DNA of 41,138 nt. Origin: Candidatus Barnesiella excrementipullorum. GTDB taxonomy: Bacteria > Bacteroidota > Bacteroidia > Bacteroidales > Barnesiellaceae_A. The notes beneath the pieces were generated by a model, which was not told the DNA's origin, searched no databases, and saw only the letters and a list, made by a program, of their open reading frames with translations. Every line of letters begins with the position of its first letter. The stretch's first letter is position 1. Shown here in pieces: positions 34,044-41,138 of this stretch. Both the position numbers and the translations under genes were made by a program. The stretch is taken from contig DXFB01000026.1 of NCBI GenBank assembly GCA_019114665.1, forward strand, positions 1 to 41,138, written 5' to 3'.

Positions 34044-34649
34044 TTACTTCTTCCCGTATAGTATGGGATTGAGTGCGGGGTCGTTATACATTTTCATCTG
34101 TTTATACACCTTCATATACTTATGTCCGGCTGCAATGTCGGCAATCAGCTGGTCTATCGCCGTGGATAGGTCTTCGCGTTGTTGCAGCAGTACGGCAAGT
34201 TTGGCGCGGCACTTCTCTATGTGCTCTTCCGAGGCGTCGTTTCGCTCTACCTCTTGTTGCATGTGATATATCTTCAATGCCAATATAGACAGGCGGTCTA
34301 TGGCCCAAGCCGGGCTTTCGGTATTGATGGTGGCATCGGGCAGGGGGGTAACCGCTTTGTACAGGTCGAGGAAGTAGCTGTCTATCAGCTCTACGAGGTC
34401 GGTACGGTCTTGGTTGGAGCGGTCGATGCGACGCTTGATGGCCAATGCCTCTATCGGGTCGATGTCGGGATTGCGGATGATGTCTTCCAAATGCCATTGC
34501 ACGGCATCGATCCAGTTCTTGGTGAACAGGAGGTTTTCTATTGTACACTCGGGGTAGGGATTCTCTACATGGGCATTTACGTCGTCGTGTTTGTGATACA
34601 ACGCTGTCGTAGCCTCGAATATATGGTTACATGTTTCGCTGATGCTCAT
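34044..34649 (-). CDS. DUF4254-like all-helical protein of unknown function
   Basis: 201-aa ORF with no signal peptide. It lies 33 nt upstream of the GT9 gene, a pairing I recall as typical for DUF4254. The family assignment is from memory and is not verified. Confidence 0.6.
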   Translation of the reverse strand: MSISETCNHIFEATTALYHKHDDVNAHVENPYPECTIENLLFTKNWIDAVQWHLEDIIRNPDIDPIEALAIKRRIDRSNQDRTDLVELIDSYFLDLYKAVTPLPDATINTESPAWAIDRLSILALKIYHMQQEVERNDASEEHIEKCRAKLAVLLQQREDLSTAIDQLIADIAAGHKYMKVYKQMKMYNDPALNPILYGKK

Positions 34650-34713
34650 AATCTTGTATTTTACAATGTTTCACGTTTTATCGTAAGTGCGGGCATTCTA
34701 CACCGCCGATAGG

Positions 34714-34746
34714 CAAATATAGCATAAAGCATTTGTATTTGCCAAA
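34714..34746 (-). promoter_or_regulatory. Candidate promoter of the DUF4254-GT9 gene train
   Basis: Read on the minus strand, TTTG (34746-34743) is followed by a 21-nt spacer and then TAtaTTTG (34721-34714). This lies about 65 nt upstream of the ATG at 34649. Confidence 0.4.
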
Positions 34747-34757
34747 TATATTGGCAA
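34739..34757. promoter_or_regulatory. Perfect 7-5-7 palindrome TTGCCAA-ATATA-TTGGCAA, an operator-like site
   Basis: The inverted repeat overlaps the candidate -33 element. A related GGCAAATA / TATTTGCC inverted pair lies at 34712-34719 and 34736-34743. Confidence 0.35.
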
Positions 34758-35002
34758 TTTGTTGCATCACTTCTGCACAAGAATTTTTATAAAGTCGTTA
34801 CACTTTTGATAATCAGCGGTATATGATGCCGCCTCCGATGGCAGGCCGGTCGCATCGGAGGTTGCTTTTGGTAGAGTAGCTTCTTTTTTCGCCGTTGGGA
34901 TATAAAAGTTTTTGCTGCGATAAGTTGTAAGTAGTAGAATGGGCTGTAAATCAGTGGTATAAAAATATTTTAGAAGAGCGTTGTATTTTTGTGGCAATAA
35001 AT

Positions 35003-35032
35003 TTTGACATTTATGGAATTTCGGTATCTTTG
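35003..35032 (+). promoter_or_regulatory. Candidate promoter of pflB
   Basis: TTTG (35003-35006) is followed by an 18-nt spacer and then TAtcTTTG (35025-35032). This implies a 5' UTR of about 140 nt. Confidence 0.55.
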
Positions 35033-35181
35033 TGGTTGCAGGAAAATACTACGAAATAACGGTTCTTCACGATGCCGGAAGCCGCTGCCGGTGCTTCTGT
35101 GCGTTACCTTTCGCTTCTGTAAATCATGGTTTACGGAGTATGATAAGCAAAATTGAACGAAAAAGATTTTTTTGAACAACT

Positions 35182-37410
35182 ATGGAAAAGACAATGCAAT
35201 TTAAGCCCGGTGTGTGGGAAAATGAAATTAATGTAGGCGACTTTGTACGTAAGAATATCACTCCGTACGAAGGCGACGCATCGTTCCTTGCCGGTCCTAC
35301 CGAGCGCACGCTCAAAGTGTGGGAAAAGTGCAAAGAGGCGCTTGCCGAAGAACGCAAGAATGGAGGTGTGCGAGCCATCGATAACCATACCATCTCGACA
35401 ATCACATCGCATAAGGCCGGATATATAGACCGCGAAAATGAGCTGATTGTGGGCTTGCAGACCGATATGCTGCTCAAACGTGCCATAAAACCCTTCGGCG
35501 GTATCAAGGTGGTGGAGAAGGCCTGCCATGAGCATGGCTTGGAACTGGACGAGCATGTAAAGGAGATATTTACCCACTATCGCAAAACGCATAACGATGG
35601 TGTTTTCGACGCATATACCGAGGAGATACGTACCTACCGTTCTCTCGGTTTCCTGACAGGATTGCCCGATAATTATGCCCGCGGCCGTATCATAGGCGAC
35701 TATCGCCGGCTTGCACTGTACGGTATAGACCGCCTTATAGAGGTGAAGCGTGCCGATTTGCACGGACTTACAGGCCCCATGACCGAGGCCCGCGTGCGAT
35801 TGCGCGAGGAGGTTGCCGAGCAAATACATGCCCTCGAAGCGATGAAGGAGATGGGCAGCTACTACGGGCTGGACCTGGGCCGTCCCGCAACGACGGCACA
35901 AGAGGCCGTGCAATGGGTCTATATGGCATACCTCGCAGCTGTCAAGGAGCAGGATGGGGCAGCGATGTCGTTGGGTAACGTATCGTCGTTCCTCGATATT
36001 TATATAGAGTATGATTTGGCTCACGGCAATATAGATGAGAGCTTTGCCCAAGAACTCATAGACCAGTTTGTCATAAAACTGCGCATGGTGCGTCACTTGC
36101 GCATGGATAGCTATAACGAGATTTTTGCCGGCGACGCCACGTGGGTAACCGAGTCGATAGGCGGTCGTCTCAATGATGGCCGTACGAAAGTGACAAAGAC
36201 TTCGTTCCGTTTCTTGCAGACGCTCTATAACTTAGGCCCTGCCCCCGAGCCCAATATGACCATTTTGTGGAGTCCCGAGCTGCCCGAAGGGTTCAAACGT
36301 TTCTGTACACAAGTCTCTATCGACACCTCGGCCATACAATATGAAAACGACGACCTGATGCGTGAGGTGCGCAAGACCGACGACTACGGTATTGCCTGCT
36401 GCGTGTCGTTCCAGGAGATAGGGCGCAGCATACAGTTCTTCGGCGCACGTGCCAACTTGGCCAAGGCGCTGTTGCTTGCCATCAATGGCGGACGTTGTGA
36501 AAACACAGGTACTGTCATGGTAAAAGATATTCCGGTGCTGAAAAACGACCTCCTCGACTATGACGAGGTGATGGAAAACTACAAGAAGGTACTGGCCCAG
36601 ATTGCCCGCGTATATAACGAGGCGATGAATATCATACATTACATGCACGACAAGTACTACTACGAGAAGGCTCAGATGGCACTCATCGATACCGACCCGC
36701 ACATCAATCTTGCTTATGGCGTGGCTGGTCTCTCCATTGCGGCCGATTCGCTCTCGGCCATCAAGTATGCTCGTGTAAAAGCACGCCGCAATGAGATAGG
36801 GCTCACGGAAGGATTTGATATAGAGGGAGAATTCCCCTGCTATGGAAACGACGACGACCGTGCCGACAGCATTGCTGTATGGTTGACACACTATTTCAGC
36901 AACGAGTTGAAGAAATATCCCGTATATCGCAATGCAGAGCCTACGATGTCGATACTCACCATTACATCGAATGTCATGTATGGCAAGAAGACCGGTGCGA
37001 CACCCGACGGCCGCGAGCGCGGCGTCGCATTTGCCCCCGGTGCCAATCCTATGCACGGACGCGATAACCACGGTGCCATTGCATCCTTGTCGTCGGTCGC
37101 CAAGCTCAGCTATGAGGATGCCCTCGATGGCATAAGCAATACTTTCTCTATCATACCCAAATCGTTGGGCGCCACACGGGAAGACCGTGTAGATAATCTC
37201 ATCACGCTCATCGACGGATATTTCAAGAAGAAAGCCCATCACCTCAATGTCAACGTGCTCAATCGCGAGATGCTCGAAGATGCCATGGAGCACCCCGAGA
37301 ACTACCCGCAGCTTACTATCCGCGTGTCGGGCTATGCGGTCAATTTTGTACGGTTGAGCCGGGCACACCAGTTGGAGGTTATTTCGCGTAGTTTCCACGA
37401 CCACTTCTGA
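35182..37410 (+). CDS. pflB: Formate C-acetyltransferase (pyruvate formate-lyase)
   Basis: The glycyl-radical motif is [11 protein letters not shown] and the catalytic Cys pair is GIACCVS. The N-terminus [25 protein letters not shown] parallels E. coli PflB. Confidence 0.95.
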   Translation: MEKTMQFKPGVWENEINVGDFVRKNITPYEGDASFLAGPTERTLKVWEKCKEALAEERKNGGVRAIDNHTISTITSHKAGYIDRENELIVGLQTDMLLKRAIKPFGGIKVVEKACHEHGLELDEHVKEIFTHYRKTHNDGVFDAYTEEIRTYRSLGFLTGLPDNYARGRIIGDYRRLALYGIDRLIEVKRADLHGLTGPMTEARVRLREEVAEQIHALEAMKEMGSYYGLDLGRPATTAQEAVQWVYMAYLAAVKEQDGAAMSLGNVSSFLDIYIEYDLAHGNIDESFAQELIDQFVIKLRMVRHLRMDSYNEIFAGDATWVTESIGGRLNDGRTKVTKTSFRFLQTLYNLGPAPEPNMTILWSPELPEGFKRFCTQVSIDTSAIQYENDDLMREVRKTDDYGIACCVSFQEIGRSIQFFGARANLAKALLLAINGGRCENTGTVMVKDIPVLKNDLLDYDEVMENYKKVLAQIARVYNEAMNIIHYMHDKYYYEKAQMALIDTDPHINLAYGVAGLSIAADSLSAIKYARVKARRNEIGLTEGFDIEGEFPCYGNDDDRADSIAVWLTHYFSNELKKYPVYRNAEPTMSILTITSNVMYGKKTGATPDGRERGVAFAPGANPMHGRDNHGAIASLSSVAKLSYEDALDGISNTFSIIPKSLGATREDRVDNLITLIDGYFKKKAHHLNVNVLNREMLEDAMEHPENYPQLTIRVSGYAVNFVRLSRAHQLEVISRSFHDHF

Positions 37411-37430
37411 TGCTTGCATCGGTTATATAT

Positions 37431-37474
37431 AACTTTGCCGGATGGGTTTTCTCTCCGGCAAAGTTTGTTGTTTA
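37431..37474 (+). terminator. Intrinsic terminator or attenuator between pflB and pflA
   Basis: A 12-bp stem (aactttgccgga / tccggcaaagtt) with an 11-nt loop is followed by UGUUGUUU. Confidence 0.65.
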
Positions 37475-37526
37475 GAAAGAGACAAGAATAGCATACAGTC
37501 ACCTCTTATAATCATCGCATCCTGTT

Positions 37527-38297
37527 ATGACTGAGACTTCTGCCATACAACCCGCATCGGCCGGCATGCCATTGCTGCGCGTCCATTCGTACGAATCGTT
37601 AGGAACATACGACGGCCCCGGCATACGCCTTGTCGTTTTTTTGCAGGGCTGTAATTTCCGTTGCCTTTATTGTGCAAATCCCGATACGATTGCCATGCAA
37701 GGCGGTACGCTCACACCGATAGACGAGATTGTGCAGAAGGCTCTCAACGAAAAGCCTTTCTTCGGGAAGAAAGGGGGGGTGACATTTAGCGGCGGAGAGC
37801 CAACATTGCAATCGGAAGCGCTTATCCCTCTGGTCGATGCGTTGCATGAGCACGGAATCAATGTTTGCATCGATACCAATGGTGGCGTACATACCGAAGC
37901 CGCCCGTGAGCTGTATCGTCGTGTCGACCTTGTGCTGCTCGATGTGAAGCAATTCGACAACCTGCGGCATCGTAATCTTACCGGGCGCGACAATGCCGAC
38001 ACTCTGGCTACCGCGGCTTTTCTTGCCGAGGTGGGGACGCCCTTCTGGCTGCGATATGTATTGGTGCCCGGTTATAGTGACGCCCCTGCCGACATAGAGG
38101 CTCTTTGCCGTCACTTACAGCAAAACACGGCTTTGCAGCGCGTGGAAATCCTTCCCTATCACACCCTCGGTATGCACAAGTATGAGCCTCTCGGCATGGA
38201 GTATAAGCTCAAAGATGTACCGTATAATACCCCGCAACAGTTGGAGGCTGCGCGAGAACTCTTTGCGCGGTATTTTGCCGACGTGCGGGTCAACTGA
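37527..38297 (+). CDS. pflA: Pyruvate formate-lyase activating enzyme (radical SAM)
   Basis: Motifs present are CNFRCLYCANPD (CX3CX2C) and GGVTFSGGEP. The start could instead be M14 at 37566. Confidence 0.9.
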   Translation: MTETSAIQPASAGMPLLRVHSYESLGTYDGPGIRLVVFLQGCNFRCLYCANPDTIAMQGGTLTPIDEIVQKALNEKPFFGKKGGVTFSGGEPTLQSEALIPLVDALHEHGINVCIDTNGGVHTEAARELYRRVDLVLLDVKQFDNLRHRNLTGRDNADTLATAAFLAEVGTPFWLRYVLVPGYSDAPADIEALCRHLQQNTALQRVEILPYHTLGMHKYEPLGMEYKLKDVPYNTPQQLEAARELFARYFADVRVN

Positions 38298-38333
38298 TTC
38301 TTGTCCGATAGAGTGAAGTGAACCTTATAAGAC

Positions 38334-38374
38334 AAACGGTGTGCATTCGTCTATGGAATGCACACCGTTTTTTG
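38334..38374 (+). terminator. Intrinsic terminator of pflA, probably bidirectional and shared with the convergent gamma-CA gene
   Basis: A 15-bp perfect stem (aaacggtgtgcattc / gaatgcacaccgttt) with a 7-nt loop is followed by UUUG. On the opposite strand it is followed by UUUGUCUUAU. Confidence 0.85.
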
Positions 38375-38474
38375 ATAAAATCCGGTATTTGCTTGTCCTT
38401 GTTGCGGCGATTTCCTGTAAGGAGAACCGGCGGTCAACCGGGAAAATGTGCCGGAGGGGTACCGGTAGGAGATA

Positions 38475-38996
38475 CTATTCTTCTTCGCTGTACCAGCGCG
38501 AATACATCAGATAGTTGTGGGCTATCTTTTGGTTTATCTCTTTCGACTGTTGCGGGTCGACCATCTTTATAAACTTGGCTGGCGCGCCACCCCATAGTTC
38601 GCCGGGCTTGATAACCGTTTTGCTCAGTACGACTGCACCGGCGGCCACAATAGCGCCTTCGCCCACCACGGCATGGTCGAGGATGACCGAACCCATGCCC
38701 ACCAGTGCGCCGTCCTTGATGGTGGCGCCGTGGATGGTGACGTTATGACCTATCGAGACATCGTTGCCTATCTCGATGGTCGATTTCTCGTAAAGCGTGT
38801 GCAGCACGCTGCCGTCTTGTATGTTGACACGGTTGCCTATGCGTATGGAGTTGACGTCGCCGCGCAGTACGGTGCCGAACCAGATGCTGCATTCGTCGCC
38901 CATTATTACATCGCCTATGATGGCGGCATTGTCGGCAAGAAAACAATCTTTGCCCATTTGCGGCGTGAAGCCGCGTACTTTCTTGATGAGTGCCAT
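38475..38996 (-). CDS. Gamma-carbonic-anhydrase-family (left-handed beta-helix, YrdA/PaaY-like) protein
   Basis: 173 aa with hexapeptide repeats (IGDVIMGDECSIWFGTVLRGDVNSIRIGNRVNIQDGSVLH and IGHNVTIHG). Confidence 0.85.
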   Translation of the reverse strand: MALIKKVRGFTPQMGKDCFLADNAAIIGDVIMGDECSIWFGTVLRGDVNSIRIGNRVNIQDGSVLHTLYEKSTIEIGNDVSIGHNVTIHGATIKDGALVGMGSVILDHAVVGEGAIVAAGAVVLSKTVIKPGELWGGAPAKFIKMVDPQQSKEINQKIAHNYLMYSRWYSEEE

Positions 38997-39036
38997 ATTT
39001 TACAGGGTTTAGGTTTGTCGTATGTATAATGTAATC

Positions 39037-40809
39037 TTAGAGGGCCGATGTCGCTTCGAGCAGCCATTTGCATTCGTCCGATGTGAGCGAGCCTTTCAGC
39101 TTGTCGTATACCATGCGGTGGTAGTCGTTTATCCAGGCAATCTCGTGGGGCGACAGGATGGAGATATCGAGAGCGCGTTTGTCGAACGGGAAGAGTGTGA
39201 GCGGCTCGAACCGGTAGAACTTGCCGAAATCGGTCTCTTTGTCTTCTACGGTCAATAGCAGATTCTCGTGCCGGATGCCATATTCTCCGGTGCGGTACAA
39301 TCCCGGTTCGCAAGAGGTAATCATGCCCGGAACCAGCGCGACGGGGTTTTCTTGCAACCTGATGCTTTGAGGCCCCTCGTGTACGTTCAGGAAATGCCCT
39401 ACGCCATGGCCCGTGCCGTGCAGGTAGGTGAGGCCCTCGTTCCAAAGCGGTTCGCGGGCCAACACGTCGAGTTGCGCCCCGCGTGTTCCCTGCGGGAAAC
39501 GACAGAGCGAGAGGGCGATATGTCCTTTCAATACCAAGGTGAAATCCCGTTTCTGCCGGGGTGTGAGCGACCCTATTACAAAAGTGCGCGTGATATCGGT
39601 CGTGCCGTCGAGGTATTGTGCCCCCGAATCGACCAGCAGAAAGCCTTTCCGTGTAATCTTCGCGTCGCTCTCGGGTGTTGCTGTATAGTGTACGATTGCG
39701 CCGTGCTCGTTGAAGCCGGCAATGGTATCGAAGCTCTCGTCGACAAACAGCTCTTGCTCGGCTCTGTATGCACGCAGCTGCTTGGCCGCGCTTATTTCGG
39801 TGACGTTGCCGGTATCTATATTGTTGTCGAGCCAGCGGAAGAAACGTATCAGGGCTACGCCGTCGCGTATCATGGCGTGGCGCAGACCATCTATCTGCAC
39901 TTTGTTTTTCACCGCTTTCAGCGTGGCGATAGGCGAGGCGGCTCTTACGACGCCGGTGTTGAGTGCCCGGGCAAGTGCATAGTTGGTTTTGGCGGGGTCT
40001 ATCAGGACATTCTTCTGTATATGGCCGGCAAAATCGAAAACGGCAGAGTAGGGCATGTTCTCTATGCCCTCTTCTTGTAGATAGGCTTTCCCGGCAGCAT
40101 CTATTTTCCGTTCATCGATAAAGAGGATGCGCCGTTCGTCGTCGATGTAGGCGTATGCTATCGTTACCGGGTTGCAGTGTACATCGCAACCGCGTATGTT
40201 GAACAACCATGCGATTTCGTCGAGTGCGGCCAATAGTAGGGCGTCGGCCCCGGCGCGACGTGTCAGGTCGAGCGCGCGCGATACTTTCGAGGCGGTATCT
40301 TCGCCGCAATATTTCAAATCATGTACAAAGAAGGGGTGTTGCGGAATCTCGGGGCGCTCCTTCCATATATGCTCATAGGGGGTGAAGTCGTTTTTGAGTT
40401 GCAACCCTTGGGCTGCAAAAACCTTTTGCATTGCCTCTACGGCGGTTACCGGAAAGAGCTCTCCGTCGATGGCAACGGTAGCCTGACCGGGTAAAACAGT
40501 TGTGAGCCATTCTGTATAAGAGGGCGTGTCGGGAAGCCCCTCTTTGAAAAGTTTTATCCCCGATTCGGCCAATTGCTCGTCGGCTTGCAGGAAGTAGCGC
40601 GAGTCGGTCCATAATCCGGCCTCTTGCAATGTAACGACAACGGTACCTGCCGACCCGTCAAACCCGCTTATCCATGTGCGGAAATCCCAGTGTTCGGCAT
40701 AATACTCGCTTTGGTGAGGGTCGGTGCCCGGAATGATATATGCGTCTATCCCAAGCGATGCCATTTCGGCTCGCAGAGCGGCAAGACGCGATGAAATTTC
40801 TGTTCCCAT
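39037..40809 (-). CDS. Xaa-Pro aminopeptidase (M24B, aminopeptidase P family)
   Basis: 590 aa. The N-terminus has creatinase-like domains. The M24 metal-ligand context is LLVDSGAQYLDGTTDITRT, HGTGHGVG and EPGLY. Confidence 0.88.
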   Translation of the reverse strand: MGTEISSRLAALRAEMASLGIDAYIIPGTDPHQSEYYAEHWDFRTWISGFDGSAGTVVVTLQEAGLWTDSRYFLQADEQLAESGIKLFKEGLPDTPSYTEWLTTVLPGQATVAIDGELFPVTAVEAMQKVFAAQGLQLKNDFTPYEHIWKERPEIPQHPFFVHDLKYCGEDTASKVSRALDLTRRAGADALLLAALDEIAWLFNIRGCDVHCNPVTIAYAYIDDERRILFIDERKIDAAGKAYLQEEGIENMPYSAVFDFAGHIQKNVLIDPAKTNYALARALNTGVVRAASPIATLKAVKNKVQIDGLRHAMIRDGVALIRFFRWLDNNIDTGNVTEISAAKQLRAYRAEQELFVDESFDTIAGFNEHGAIVHYTATPESDAKITRKGFLLVDSGAQYLDGTTDITRTFVIGSLTPRQKRDFTLVLKGHIALSLCRFPQGTRGAQLDVLAREPLWNEGLTYLHGTGHGVGHFLNVHEGPQSIRLQENPVALVPGMITSCEPGLYRTGEYGIRHENLLLTVEDKETDFGKFYRFEPLTLFPFDKRALDISILSPHEIAWINDYHRMVYDKLKGSLTSDECKWLLEATSAL

Positions 40810-40831
40810 AAAGGTGCTATATAAATGTATG

Positions 40832-40839
40832 CAAAGTTA
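40832..40839 (-). promoter_or_regulatory. -7 box (TAacTTTG) for the pepP / gamma-CA operon
   Basis: The plus-strand sequence is caaagtta, 23 nt upstream of the ATG at 40809. No exact -33 TTTG was found. Confidence 0.35.
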
Positions 40840-41073
40840 CGTTTTTTGCCCGATAAAGAAAATAGCAATGCGGGCACATGTGTATATTGCTGCGAAAAAT
40901 ATGCCGCTCGATGGCAAAATCCCCTTCCGACAGCTTTTGTAAGCGATTGTAGGAGGGTGTATTTTATGTGACAGTCTCTGTGTGTAATGGAAAACGCATA
41001 TCGCTGTAAGGTGGTTGCTTGGGGTGAAATGGGGCTATGCGAGAAAAACTTTTTATTTTTCTGTGTCGATATT

Positions 41074-41104
41074 TTTGATATTAGAGAAACAATGCGTAAT
41101 TTTG
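41074..41104 (+). promoter_or_regulatory. Consensus Bacteroidetes promoter firing rightward out of the window
   Basis: TTTG (41074-41077) is followed by a 19-nt spacer and then TAatTTTG (41097-41104). No downstream gene is visible before the window ends. Confidence 0.55.
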
Positions 41105-41138
41105 CCGCACTTTTCGTGAAGTGAAAGAATTAAAAATA

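Noticed and set aside
35131-37419. Two very long minus-strand ORFs (35131-36096, 321 aa, and 36232-37419, 395 aa) antisense to pflB
   Set aside because: They lie entirely inside an unambiguous pflB reading frame. Their translations are low-complexity and rich in Val, Gly, Leu, His and Arg, with no recognisable motifs and no signal or start context. Open antisense frames of this kind are expected from the codon bias of a moderately GC-rich, highly expressed gene.
1-41138. Searched for CRISPR arrays, tRNA/rRNA genes, integrase/transposase genes, toxin-antitoxin pairs, riboswitches upstream of ribD or metA, and direct repeats marking an island
   Set aside because: No regularly spaced repeats, tRNA cloverleaf candidates or recombinase-like ORFs were seen. 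The ribD and metA leaders are too short (about 100 nt and 11 nt) and lack FMN or SAM riboswitch core motifs. Composition appears uniform apart from the AT-rich spacers.

Overview
This 41.1-kb window is densely coding, with about 32 CDSs and short AT-rich spacers. It looks like core chromosome of a Bacteroidales organism that has a type IX secretion system (T9SS). The evidence is TTTG-N18-21-TAnnTTTG promoter boxes, A-rich leaders without Shine-Dalgarno sites, the uppS-bamA-ompH-ompH-murI synteny, and two proteins ending in T9SS C-terminal sorting domains.

Gene content, left to right:
- two T9SS cargo genes and a TPR/LuxR-type membrane regulator (541-6418)
- a long minus-strand housekeeping train: U32 Fe-S protein, metA, S4 protein, murI, two ompH, bamA, uppS, PorG-like barrel, lipoprotein, ribD
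- a plus-strand block: prmC, recX, comF, pyrE, SRPBCC protein, Rieske-like lipoprotein, class 3 FBPase
- a 9.5-kb minus-strand train (34649 to 25094): DUF4254, GT9, alpha/beta hydrolase, MurF-like ligase, Ddl-like ligase, nuclease-helicase, pdxB
- pflB-pflA, a gamma-carbonic-anhydrase-family gene and pepP

I saw no rRNA, tRNA, CRISPR array, integrase/transposase or obvious mobile-element boundary.

The best candidate for something undescribed is the hydrolase / MurF-like / Ddl-like module (29268-32880). Its Mur ligase keeps MurF-type catalytic domains, but a roughly 165-aa polytopic membrane domain replaces the UDP-MurNAc-binding N-domain. The adjacent PD-(D/E)xK nuclease-SF1B helicase fusion (26294-29254) and the DUF4254-GT9 pair with a palindromic operator-like site are secondary candidates. 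All functional calls rest on motif recognition by eye; no searches were run.
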